Positions 41,028-53,149 of a stretch of 64,000 nt of DNA are shown here, in pieces. The DNA lies in assembly GCF_902713615.1 (NCBI RefSeq), contig NC_052149.1, positions 126,793,256-126,857,255 of the forward strand, in the 5' to 3' direction. The position numbers were made by a program, and so were the translations under genes. Within the stretch, counting starts at the first letter, position 1. Each line of letters begins with the position of its first letter. The DNA is from Scyliorhinus canicula (Eukaryota). Below the pieces are notes generated by a model that did not search any database, was not told the DNA's origin, and was given only the letters and a program-made list of their open reading frames with translations.

Positions 41028-42427
41028 CTCATTCATCCCTGCACACTCGATGATTCCTGACATGTTCGAGATGCCCCCCCCCCCCCCCCCCCCCCCCCCC
41101 CAGCTGAGGGGTTTGTTGTGTTATACACCCTGGGGTAACACGGACTGCAACATGATGCAGATAAACGATAAAGCATACACCAAACATAGGCGTTGGTTCA
41201 ATAAGATTTATTGAACTTCAGTAACGAAGCACGCAGCTGCCTGGGGGTTGACTCTCTACTACTCGAAGTAAATTGACACTAACTATCTTGTCCAGGCTAG
41301 CTCTGATCCACGTGTAGAAGGTGTTGAATGATTTGTACACCATGTTATGAGAGCGGCGTTTTCAGAACCCCAAAATGTACCATGGAGTTCAACCAACCTC
41401 TCCCTTTAATGGATTGTTGCTTTTGAAGCACACGGCTTGGTCTCCAGGTGTGGGATTACAATTATGGACACGTGGGTTTTTAAACACAAAACAATGTTTA
41501 TTCCATGAATTCAACTTAACCTTTTAAATAAACATTGGCTCATTTACCACCCCTTCCTCCAAAAATAACCCCGAAAATAATACTACACTAAATAATCCCT
41601 CAAAATGGTCCTTCAAACCTCCAACCTCCAATAGACTGAACACCTTTAACAACAGAAACACATCAGGTTAAAGACATTACTATTATGAGTTTAAATCACC
41701 CAAATGATTCAGAGATAGTCTTTCATGGCAGAGATCACAGCAGATCCAGCTCACTGCAAACACAGACACACCCAAGCTCTTTTCCTCAAAACGGAAACCA
41801 AAACACTGCAAAATGGCTGAGCTAAAAACCCAGCTCCACCCACACTCTGACATCACTTCAGTAATATGAGCTGCTCCATTTCTTAAAGTTACATTACTTA
41901 GACATCCATTTCTTAAAGGTACTCTCACCTTGTTGTCACCAGTGGAAAGAGGCAGAGTGCTGATGCCTCGTGTGTTTTATAGTTGGAAGCCACCCTCTGG
42001 TGTTCTGTCTGCTGATTGGCTGTGTTCTGTTCTGTATGTTGATTGGCTCACCTTGGTGTCTGTCACTGCCTGCTTTGGCATCATGATATGCATGGGTGCA
42101 TATTATGACAGGGTTTGCTCCTGGGTGATAGGGGTTATCCACTGCGGCTGTGGCTGATGACGTGGAGACCCTCTACAACAATGCCCATGTAGGACTAGGG
42201 GTGTGACCGAGCGGTGCTTCGGCCTCCTGAAGATGTGGTTCAGGTGCCTGGACCACTCTGGATGGGCCCTTCAGTATGGTCCCGAGAGGGTCGCCCGCAT
42301 TATGGTGGCCGGCTGTACCCTCCACAACATCACGCAGCAGAGGGGCAACGTGCTGGCAGAAGAGGATGAACATCCAGCCTCCTCTGATGAGGAGGATGTA
42401 GGGGAGGGCGAGTCAGGCAGGGCATAG
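41028..42427 (+). pseudogene. Harbinger transposase C-terminal part, interrupted by LTR sequence at 41114-42110
   Basis: After removing the insert: LRGLLLGDRGYPL-WLMT. Then ERCFGLLKMWFRCLDHSG-LQYGPERVARI-CTLHNI, carrying the LGDxGY Asp and the E of the DDE triad. Confidence 0.88.
41114..42110 (-). mobile_element. Solo LTR with a second LTR-like segment nested at ~41343-41927
   Basis: Outer TG...CA with 5-bp TSD GGGTT at 41109-41113 and 42111-42115. Inner segment starts TGTTATGA and its TSD is unresolved. Strand inferred from TTTATT motifs. Confidence 0.7.
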
Positions 42428-45010
42428 GGCCCGGGCAGGCACTGGAGGCCCTACAATGTGTGCACAAGGGCCAATGTACATGGGACGCTCTGATCACCTC
42501 CAGATTCACCGACTGACGGTGTCTGACCAAGGGCACAGACACCACAATGCCCCCCACACACCCCGGCCCGCCTACCTGGCCACTCGCCCGCCCACAACCT
42601 CCTCTATGATACATTCCTGCCGCACTACGGGATGCAGACCCTGGTTGGCAGTAACAGCGGGTCTGGTCTATGGGACGGAGGATGATGACAGCCCACTCAG
42701 CAATGAGCTCTGGTGCTCCGCATCGTTTGACAATGTCTGACTCCTGCCACAGTAGCACTTTCCACCTGGGTGATCCCTGCCTGCGAGCTGACCAATCCAT
42801 TGAATCATTGATGTGCCGGACTTCCGGTGGTGGCTATGAGGGAGTAAGTCGCACATTTGGTAGCTCGCGCTCCGGTCTGACTTTAAGACCTTTTCCCCCG
42901 ATTTTTTTGAACTTTTGAGCGCTGGAGTGAAAAGCAATAGCACTCTAGATCTGAATCCATACAGAGTTGTCTGGACTTAAGGAGCAGAAGGGAGCGAAAA
43001 CAGGCGAAGAAGGGGCTGAACAAAGGTGGTGTGGAAGCTCTAGTGGGAGGAAAGATGGCCGATGAACGGACCACGGAACGGACGGTCCAGGCAGCACCGG
43101 ACAACATGCTGAAGGTCATGAAAGAGAGCTTCGCAGCACTGAAGCGGGATAATTTGGAACCGCTCCAGAAAGTGGTGGAGCGACTTGACCAGATGCTGGA
43201 TGCTCAGGATAAGAAGGTCCAGGCACTGGAGAAGACAGTGGAAGAGCAGGCGGATTTCCAAACGGTAGCGGACGTGGAAATTAGAAAGTTGAAGGAGCAG
43301 CAAGCAAGGCTGATGGACAAGCTGGAGGACCTGGAAAACAGGTCTCGCCGGCAGAATCTGAGAATCATTGGGCTCCCGGAGGGGGCCGAGGGAGTGGATG
43401 CCACGGTATATGTGGCAGACATGCTGCAGAAGCTGGTGGGGGATGATTTCTTCCCGCGTCTGTTGGAGCTGGGCAGGGCACACAGAGTGCAGGTGAGGCA
43501 TCCACGGGCGGTGGGGGGGGCCGGGCGATGGTGGTCAGATTCCATAGGTTCATGGACAAGGAGCGGGTTCTACAGTGGGCCAAGAGCATGAGGAGCTGCT
43601 CATGGAACAACAGTGTCCTGCGCATCTACCAGGATCTGAGCCAGGAGGTGGCCAGAAGGAGGGCAGCCTACAGACAAATTAAAGGGATTCTATTTAAAAA
43701 GAAGGTCAAGTTTGGGCTACTTTTCCCGACGCAGCTTTGGGTCACATACAAGCCGAACAGCAACATTATTTTGACAACCCGGAGGAAGTGATGGACTTTG
43801 CTAAGGGGCATGGACTGATGCCGAACTGAGGACCCATGGACTCAGGTTAGGGTGTACTGAGGGATGTCTGCAGTTGTTCATAGCCCTTTGTATTAGCGAT
43901 GTCGTGTTCTTCTGTTTGTGTTTGCCTGTTTGAAAGTTTTAAAGTTAAAGCCAAAGTTATAGTTAAAGTTTAAGTTATTGGTAGCTGGGGGGCTGTTTGG
44001 GTTCTTTTTGCTTTTTTTCTGGGAATGTTGGGAGGGGGTAGGTGGCAGCGCCCACCTCATTACACAGTTTGAATTGCACTATTGTGGGAACGAGCTTTGT
44101 TCTTTGTTTGTTTTCTCTCTGTTTTGGTCCCAGAGCGATTGCTCGAACAGGGCTGTTCTGGGGAGGTGGTGTGGATGGGTGGGGGGGAGGGGAGCGGGGG
44201 GACAATAGGTGGGAGACATGGTGGCGCCGGAGTTGAGAGCCACCAGGCTAGCTGCTTTGAGCTAGTCAACGGGAGCGAGGTGGGGGGGGGGTGTATACAG
44301 CCAGTATAGGACAGGGGTTAGGTGACAAGGGGTTGTTGCTGGGGGGGGGGGGGGGGGGAGGCGGGGGGGGGGGGGGGGGGGGTGGGGGGAAGATGATCTG
44401 CTGATGAGGGAGGCAACTGAACCAGGTAACAAGGAAGGGGTCGGGTGTGGAAGCTGCCAAGAGGCGGACCAGGGGAGACGCGGCACATGGGCAGGGGGTG
44501 GGCCCAAGAAAGGGGGATGGCAGGCGTTGGGCGGGGGGGGGAGGGGCAGGGTGCCCTCCAACCAGGCTGATCACCTGGAATGCTAGAGGATTAAACGGGC
44601 CGGTCAAGAGGACATGTGTGTTCGCGCACTTACGGGCTCTGAAGGCGGATGTAATGTTACTGCAGGGGACACATTTGAAAGTGGCGGACCAGATTAGATT
44701 ACGGAAGGTCTGGGTTAGCCAGGTTTTCCATTCGGGGCTTGACGCTAAGACCAGAGGGGTCGCGATCATGATTAAGAAACGGGTTAAGCTTGAGGCGAAC
44801 AGCACAGTTGCAGATGGGGGGAGGGGTAGATTTCCCATGGTCTGGGGCAAGCTTGAGGGGGTGAAGGTGGTCCGAGTGAATGTTTACGCTCCAAATTGGG
44901 ATGATGTAGATTTCATCAAAAGGCTGCTGGGGAAAATCCCCGACTTGGATTTGCACAAGTTGATTATGGGTGGGGACTTTAATACAGTCCTCAACCCCGA
45001 CCTGGACCGG

Positions 45011-45291
45011 TGATGTACCATCAATTGGACGAGAGACACGATGAATGTCAAAACTTAGGCTTTAATCAGCTAGATGTTAGCCCGGTGGCCATCTACAGAG
45101 AAAGGCCGACCGCCGGGAACTCTGGGTACTTATACCCCGCCTCGGAGGCGGGGTCTACTTGCCTCTCGACCAATTGGTGAGCAGTCACATGACTAGTCTC
45201 AGCCAATCAGCCGAGAGGCACATGACCAGCCAGAGCCAATGGGAAACCAGTGCTCTGCACCAATGGCAGTGCTCCCACTCATACAACCACA
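45011..45291 (-). mobile_element. Solo LTR nested in the L1 endonuclease domain
   Basis: TG...CA ends. 5-bp TSD ACCGG at 45006-45010 and 45292-45296. Related to the LTR at 9770. Confidence 0.92.
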
Positions 45292-48194
45292 ACCGGTCAT
45301 GCTCCAGAACGGGCAGGGTCCCGGCAATGGCAAGAGAACTGACAGGGTTCATGGAACAAATGGGGGGGGGGGGGTGGACCCCTGGAAAATCAGCCGGCCG
45401 ACGGGGAAGGAGTTCTCGTTCTATTCACATGTTCACAAGGTTTATTCTCGTATTGACTTCTTTATTATGAGTAGGGACTTTTTGGAGGGGGTGAGGGATA
45501 CTGAATACTTGGCGATCACTATTTCAGGCCATGCTCCACATTGGGTCGACCTGCTGGTCTGCAAAGAAAATTACCAGCGCCCACAATAGATGTTAGAGGT
45601 GGGATTGTTGGCAGAGAGGGTGTGTGAGCGAGTGGGGAAATGCATGCAGGACTACCTGCAGGTCAACGATACAGGGGAAGTCTCAGCAGCGGTGCTCTGG
45701 GAGGCACTGAAGGCCGTGGTGAGAGGGGAACTGATCTCAATCTGAGCCCATAGGGACAGAACGGATAGGGCGGAGATGGACAGACTGGTGCAGGAGATGA
45801 CACGGACGGATAGGGAATATGCGGAATCCCCGAGGGCAGAGCTACTTAGGGAATGACGGAGACTGCAGGCGGAGCTGGGAGCGCTATCCACTGGGAAGGC
45901 CGTAGAGCAACTCAGAAAGGCCAGGGGCGCGGTGTATGAGTACGGGGAGTAAGCCAGCAGAATGCTTGCACAGCAACTTAGGAAGAGGGAGGCGGCCAGG
46001 CAGATAGGGACGGTAGTGGACAGGGCAGGGAACCGGGTGGGAGACCCGGCAGGACTGAACAGGGTATTCAGGGACTTTTACAGTAAGCTGTGTACCTCGG
46101 AACCCCCCACGGGGCCGGAGGGGATGAGGCGCTTCTTAGATGGGCTGACCTTCCCAAAGGTGGGCAGGGGGATGGTAGAGGGGCTGGGGGCCTCGATTAG
46201 AGCTGAAGAAGTAATGGGGAGCCTGAAGGCCATGCAGTCGGGTAAAACCCCGGGGCCGGATGGGTATCCAGTGGAGTTCTACAAAACGTTCTCGGGTATA
46301 CTGGGGCCAGTGCTGGTTAGGGTGTTTAACGAGGCGAGGGACAATGGGATATTGCCCCCGACGATGTCGCAAACCACCACCTCGCTGATATTAAAACGGG
46401 ATAAGGATCCGCAGGTTTGTGGGTCCCATAGGCCAATCTCCCTGATTAATGTAGACGCTAAACTGCTGGCCAAGATCCTGGCATCCAGAATTGAGGACTG
46501 CGTACCGGACGTGATTGTGGAGGACCAAACGGGGTTTGTTAAGGGCAGGCAGCTAGTAGCCAATCTAAGAAGGCTACTCAATGTGATTATGATGCCCCCG
46601 GAGGGCAGAGAGGTGGAGGTAGTGGTGGCAATGGATGCCAAAAAGGCTTTTGACTGGGTGGAATGGGACTATTTATGGGAGGTGTTGGGACAGTTTGGGT
46701 TTGGAGAAGGCTTTGTGGATTGGGTTAAACTGCTATATGAGGCCCCGGAGGCTAGTGTAAGGACGAACAGGACGACATCTGAGTATTTTAGGCTACACCG
46801 CGGGACAAGACAGGGATGCCCCATCTCTCCACTGCTGTTTGCGTTGGCCATAGAACCGCTGGCAATTGCTCTGAGAGCGGCAAGGGGATAGAAGGGAATG
46901 GTCGGGGGGGGGGGTGGGGGGGGGGATAGAACACAAGGTCTCGCTCTGCGCGGATGACCTGCTTTTTGTATGTGTCAGATCCAGCGGCAGGGATGGACGG
47001 GATTATGGAAATCCTAGGGGAGTTTGGCTGGTTTTCGGGCTACAAGTTGAACATGGCAAAAAGCGAGATGTTTGTGGTGCAGGCGAGGGGTCAGGAGAAT
47101 AGGCTGAGTGAGCTACCATTTAGGCTGGTTGGGGAAAGTTTTAGGTATCTAGGGATACAAGTGGCGCGCGACTGGGGTACGATGCATAGGATGAACTTGT
47201 CCAGGCTGGTGGAGCAAATGAGGAGCGAGTTTCGGAGGTGGGATGAACTCCCGAAGTCACTAGCGGAGAGAGTACAGACGGTGAAGATGACGATCCTCCC
47301 GAGATTCCTGTTTATTTTTCAGTGTCTCCCTATTTTCATTCTTTAAAAGAATCAATAAAATCATCCTGGGATTTATTTGGGCGGGGAAGTCCCCGCGGGT
47401 AAAGAGGGGAATGCTGGAACGGAACCGTAGCGAGGGGGGGCTGGCGCTGCCGAACCTCAGCAACTACTACTGGGCGGCTAACATAGCCATGATAAGGAAA
47501 TGGATGGTGGGTATGGGGTCTGTTTGGGAGCGGGTGGAGGCTGCTTCATGCAGGGGCACCAGCTTGGCAGCCCTGGTCACGGCTCCCCTACTGTTCCCGC
47601 CGCCAGGTACTCCACCAGCCCTGTAGTGGTGGCTTTGCGGATTTGGGGCCAGTGGAGGAAGTGTGCGGGGGAAGTGGGAGCGTCGGTCTGGTCCCCAATA
47701 TGTGACAACCATCGATTTGTCCCGGGGAAGATGGATGGCGGGTTTCGAGCGTGGCAGAGGGCAGGGGTGGGAAGGATGGGCGACGTGTTCCTGGAAGGGA
47801 GCTTCGCAAACATGAGGGCGCTGGAGGAGAAGTTCGGGCTGGCGAGGGGGAATGACTTTCGGTACTTGCAGGTGCGGGATTTCGTACGTAGACAGGTCCC
47901 GTCCTTTCCACGCCTTCCACCAAGGGGGATCCAGGACAGGGTAATTTCCAGGGGTGAGGTAGGAGAGGGGAGAGTCTCAGATATTTATAAGGAGCTAATG
48001 GGAACGGAGGACACAGGAGCCGAGAAACTGAAACTTAAGTGGGAGGAGGAGCTTGGTGGGGAGTTGGAGGGAGGCGTATGGGCAGACGCTCTGAGGAGGG
48101 TAAATGCAACTGTAACAGTTCAAGGTAGTTCACCGGGCCCACATGACGGTGGCCCGGATGAGCAAATTCTTTGGGCTGGAGGACAAGTGTGCTA

Positions 48195-48545
48195 GATATC
48201 ATAGATTTTACAGTGCAGAAGGAGGCCACTCGGCCCAACGAGTCTGCACCGGCTCTTGGAAAGAGCACCCTACCCAAGGTCAACACCTCCAATTTATCCC
48301 CATAACCCAGTGACCCCACCCAACACTAAGGGCAATTTTGGACACAATGGGCAATTTATCATGGCCACTCCATCTAACCTGCACATCTTTGGACTGTGGG
48401 AGGAAACCGGAGCACCCGGAGGAAACCCACGCACACACGGGGAGGATGTGCAGACTCCACACAGTCAGTGACCCAAGCTGCAATCGAACCTGGGACCCTG
48501 GAGCTGTGAAGCAATTGTGCTATCCACAATGCTACCGTGCTGCGC
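48195..48545 (-). mobile_element. HE1/V-SINE-like tRNA-derived SINE nested in L1
   Basis: tRNA-like head, central domain GTGGGTTTCCTCCGGGTGCTCCGGTTTCCTCCCACA, CR1-type 3' end. Similar copies at ~49598-49915 (+) and ~51405-51650 (-). Confidence 0.8.
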
Positions 48546-49919
48546 CTGATGTGGGGGAGGACCAGTGAACCATGTCCACATGTTCTGGGCGTGTCCAAAA
48601 CACAGGGGATACTGGCAGGGATTTGCAGACGTCATGTCCCGGGGACTGAAAACAAGGGTGGCGATGAGTCCAGAGGTGGCGATTTTTGGGGTGTCGGAAG
48701 ACCCGGGAGTCCAGGAGGGGATAGAGGCCGATGTTGTGGCCTTTGCTTCCCTGATGGCCCGGTGACGAATACTGTTGGCCTGGAGGGACTCAAAGCCCCC
48801 AAAGACCGAAGTATGGCTGTCGGACATGGCAAGCTTTCTCGGCTTGGAAAAAAATCAAGTTCGCCTTACGCGGATCACTATCGGGGTTCGCTCGAAGGTG
48901 GCAACCATTCATCAACTTCTTCGCGGGGAACTAATCATCAGCGGAGGGTGGGGTAGAATAGTGTAGAGTAGGGGGGGGGAGAATAGGTGGGTCAATCTGA
49001 GAGAGTGGTACTGTTATTTTACTATGTTTTTTGTAATTGGTATTTGCACACTAATGTATATTGTTATTGTTTACAATGCCAAAAATACCTGAATAAAATT
49101 GTCTGTTAAAAAAAATCATTGATGTGGCGGAGGTTGGGACGGTGGTAGTTGTGGGTGGCGGGGGAATGGGACACCGGAGCGGAGAGCGCTGTCCTGAACT
49201 GTGGCCTTTGAGCCAAGCCAACCCCCAACAACCGTCCATTTCCCCTGCCCCACGCACCCTATCTGGCCAGCCCAGACCCTAACCAGCCCACCCCTCACAC
49301 CCATCCGACAGAGCACCAAGGCAGGTTGTGAACAGGTGTTTAATGTGACAACAAATATACAGATTGGGCCCTAGCCCCCGTCACTAAACTGTGCCCTGCA
49401 CCTGTGCCAGCATAGGGCACTGTTTAGCACACTGGGCTAAACCGCTGACTTTGAAAGCAGACCAAGCAAGCAAGCAGCACGGTTCGATTCCCGTAACAGC
49501 CTCCCCGAACAGGCGCCGGAATGTGGCGACTAGGGGCTTTTCACAGTGACTTCAATGAAGTCTACTCGTGACAATAAGTGATTTTCATTTTTCATAAGGG
49601 GGCACGGTAGCAAAGTGGTTAGCACAATGGCTTCATAGTGCCAGGGTCCCGGTTTGATTCCCGACTTGTCTGTGCGGAGTCTGCACATTCTCCCCTTGTC
49701 TGCGTGGGTTTCCTCTGGGTGCTCCGGTTTCCTCCCACAGGCCAAAGATGTGCACAGGTAAGTGAATTGGCTATACTAAATTGCCCTAAGGTTAGGTGGG
49801 GTTACGGGGATGGGGTAGAAGTGTGGGCTTAGATAGGGTGATCTTTCCATAGGTTGGTGCATACTCGATGGGCTGATTGGCCTCCTTCCGCACTGTAAAT
49901 ACTGTGATTCTGTGAAAAC

Positions 49920-51160
49920 TGCTTTCTAATTTTCTGTCCTTACAGATCCGAATGCTACCTCTAGGTGGATCAGGAGTGGAGGCTGCCTGCTGTGATTCCT
50001 ACTCTGTGACCTGGGTCCCCTTTGCTGGCCATCTTCTGGGGCAAATGGGCCTGGATGGACCCGGCTGCTGTTCGACTGTCCCAGGTAGTGTGGTGCCGCC
50101 CTGTTCTGCCCGCTGTGACTGCACTGTCCAGCAGTGTCTGGCACATTGCTGCCTGTGGGGGGGCAGCCTTGTACTGGGCCTAGGCCAGCGGCCGCAGAGT
50201 GTGCCCCAAGCCTTGGACATGCTGACCCAGGGCTGAAACCCTCACCCCAAGGCCTCCACTGCGGACCTGGGTGTCACCATGGCAGCACCACCTCCTGCTC
50301 CTGCACGCGGTTGGATTCCTCCACCTTCTCCTGCAGGTGCTGGATACTCACCAACAACCCCTCATGTAATCGCTGAATCTGCGACTGCATCACCACAATC
50401 GATGGGACTGTCCGTTCCAGCACCCCAACACCCTTCTGGATGGCAGCTTGTCCCTGGGGCCGCCCACCCTCCGACCGTCCGCTCCATCGGGAGTTCCTAC
50501 CTCCACCTGCTGTACTGGAGCATGTGTGTGGTGGCACCAGATAGTGTCCCAGGAGCTTCTTCACTAAGGTGCCCCGCCGAGGTGAGTATCTCTGGGATGG
50601 TGGAGGGTGTTGGAGACAGCTTAGCAGTGCTAGCCTGGCATGCTGGCAGTGCCACCTGGTGACTCTGGCAATGCCATCTGGTCACCCTGGCAATGCCACA
50701 CTGGCCCTGCCAAGATGTCCATGGGGCACGACCAGAATGGCATGAGCACTGCCAGGGTGTCAGGCTGGCACTGCCATGCTGCCCGGGCAGCAGGCTGTCC
50801 GAGCCTGGGATCAGGACCCGAGCGTTCCCTGCCTTGACCGGGTGGATGAGGGGTGGGTCGAGAACCCCCTAATCGGTAATTTGGGGAATCCGGATGCCAC
50901 GGTGGGAGTTGAGGGATGGGGGCAGCATTTAAAGATCACCCCCTGATCTCTCCCTGCACTGACGGGTTCAGCTCGCAGGAAGTGGATGTCAGTGCGGCCT
51001 CGGAGTCTCCTTCCTCACCAAGGCCCAAATATCCCAGAGTCCCGGTTAATAACGGGATCATTTTCAGCACTGCAGCCTCCGGGAAACACCCCACTAAACA
51101 CTCCCAAAACAGGAGCCTGTTCATTCCCAGTTACATTGCTCCCTGAGTAAATCAGTCGCT
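49920..51160 (-). mobile_element. GC-rich decayed sequence, possibly the second (Myb/SANT-type) gene region and end of the Harbinger element
   Basis: Continues the GC-rich sequence that follows the transposase across the L1 TSD. Minus ORF 50274-50564 looks coiled-coil (QIQRLHEGLLVSIQHLQEKVEESNRVQ). No Myb motif seen directly. Confidence 0.35.
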
Positions 51161-51770
51161 GCAGAAATGTTGTGGTGATCGGAGAGCCAGAGACAGATAG
51201 TTGGGATTTTGAAAGTGCCGTTGGAAGTGAATTGGGGAATAGGTTTTTCCAGGGATGGATACAAAAGGGGGTAGGGTTGGGGTGTGGAAGGGGGATGTGG
51301 GTGGGGAGTGATATAAGGAAGTGATCAGTGATGGTCTTATCTGTGATTGAAACACTGGGAGTAGTGATACCACGTGAGGAGGTAAGGTCATATACAATTC
51401 ATAAACTTCATAGAATTCATAGAATTTACAGTGCAGAAGGAGGCCATTCAGCCCATCGAGTCCGCACCGGCCCTTGGAAAGAGCACCCCACCCAAGCCCA
51501 TGCCTCTACCCTATCCTCGTAACCCAGTAACCCCACCTAAACATTTTGGACACTGAGGGCAATTTAGCATGACCAATCTACCTAACCTGCACAACTTTGG
51601 ACTGTGGGGGAACTGGAGCACCCAAAGAAAACCCACACAGACACAGGGAGAATATGGGAGAAGGGGGAGGTGGGGAATATGGGTTGGAGAATTGTGATTG
51701 TGATGATTTAATCCCAGCAACTTTCAGTCTCTTTTCTGATTTGAATCTTGTAAACTCAGAGATTCCAGAT

Positions 51771-52037
51771 TGTTATAACCTGCCTGCTTCCCACTGGCTG
51801 GGGACTAATGGCAATCCCACAATCCTTTGGGAGTATGAGATTCCCCAATGAGGGGGTTGGGGCAGAAATCATAAGCAGATTCGCTGCATAAATAAAGCTG
51901 GCCAGTTTGGAACCAGCTAGAGAGGAGTGAGCAGCAAGGGAGTTGCTGCTGCTGTTGTCTAAATATGTTATTGTAAATAAATGTTATTTCTTTCTATCCT
52001 TCAACTCGTGCTGGATTTCTCGTGACCTCACAAAACA
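51771..52037 (+). mobile_element. Solo LTR-like sequence just 3' of the Ig gene
   Basis: TGTTATAACC...CACAAAACA, with internal ATAAATA and AATAAA. No clean TSD. Confidence 0.5.
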
Positions 52038-52222
52038 AATAAAACTGATCATTTAAAAATGATTGATAATTGTCTTTGAATCCAATCTTCTTCGAATGTG
52101 TCATTGATTGACAGGCCAACCAGCCAATCATGATAATCATTTGCTGAAATGCAGCCAATCAGCTGATGGGGAGGAGGGACATTCCAAACCACACACGAGA
52201 CACATACTGAATATTCTTTATG

Positions 52223-52228
52223 TTTATT
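52223..52228 (-). terminator. Polyadenylation signal of the Ig light-chain transcript
   Basis: AATAAA on the minus strand ~505 nt after the C stop, followed by GT-rich AGTATGTGTCTCGTGTGTGGT. Confidence 0.7.
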
Positions 52229-52732
52229 ACCTTTTACAGATTTACATTGTCAGAAAAAAGACTTGAATAAACAGCCCAGCCAGAGGAAGCTGGAGAAATT
52301 CTCAGGGAAAATATGGAGATTTTCTCAATGACATGAGAATCCTGTCCCTTAAACGGTGACTAAACCTTAAATTGTAACTGCAGGGTGAGCAGGAAGGAGG
52401 TCTGGTTTCCTATAGCTGAGACTTCAGGGGTCACGTTATTTTGGTACAGCTGACAGTCTTCAGCATCTTAGAGAGGTTTTACTTGGCATCACGAGTCTGC
52501 ACTGTCCCATCAAACATTCCCAGAACAAATGCTGCATGGGATAATATACAGAGTAAATATCCCTCTACAATGTCCCAAAAACATGCCTTAACCCCTGACC
52601 CTCAGAAGTGTCTCAGACCCAGTCCCGAGAATGAAGAGAGTTGTAATTCAGTGCTGATAATGTCCTTTGCCCTCCCAGATCACCCCTGTTCTATTTAAAG
52701 TTGTGTCTCCTCTGTGGACTGTCTCTGACACT

Positions 52733-53061
52733 CTACGCACATTCTGATCTCCTGATGCTCTTGCTGAGGGCAGAGGAGAGGCTCACGTGGGTGAGGGCAC
52801 AGGAGAAGCGGGCGTTGGACTCCCAGGCAGAGCCAGAGAGGGTCAGCAGGCTGCTGACGCTGTAGGTGTTGTCCGAAGCTCGCAGGTAGTTGCTGGTCTG
52901 AACCCCGTCCGAAATGGCTGCACCATCCTTCTTCCACTCCACCACCAGCTCATCGGGATAGAAGTGATTGGCAAGGCACACCAGGGTGGCAGTGTTCTTG
53001 GTCTTGACCTCCTCCAGGGAGGGGGGCAGCAGGGTCAGTGTGGGTTGTGAATTCTCACGGC
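52733..53061 (-). CDS. IGKC: Ig light-chain constant exon, kappa-type (shark type III/NS4-like)
   Basis: Acceptor ctctttcAG at 53063-53062, phase 1. Reads RENSQPTLTLLPPSLEEVKTKNTATLVCLANHFYPDELVVEWKKDG-YSVSSLLTL-FSCALTH-SIRRSECA*, with canonical Cys/Trp and terminal Cys. Confidence 0.96.
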
Positions 53062-53149
53062 CTGAAAGAGAAAGGAAGGAATTTTAATTGCTGCCTTAAT
53101 AAAGGATTTCAACTTCCCAAATATTAACTGGAATCAAGACATGTGTCAA

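Larger units (their letters stand above)
42821..49113 (+). mobile_element. Full-length but decayed L1/Tx1-clade LINE (5'UTR, ORF1, ORF2, polyA)
   Basis: ORF1 43031-43790: LEDLENRSRRQNLRIIGLPEG-RAHR-IYQDLS. ORF2 from ~44560: ITWNARGLN, GGDFN, SRIDFF, KTPGPDG, RPISLIN, TRQGCPISPLLF, ADD. AATAAA and A-run. 18-bp TSD AATCATTGATGTG(C/G)CGGA at 42803-42820 and 49114-49131. Confidence 0.93.

Noticed and set aside
44340-44385. Long G/C homopolymer runs (also ~7644-7668 and ~41074-41100)
   Set aside because: Expansions of short runs within TE sequence whose length is unreliable in sequencing. No independent feature.
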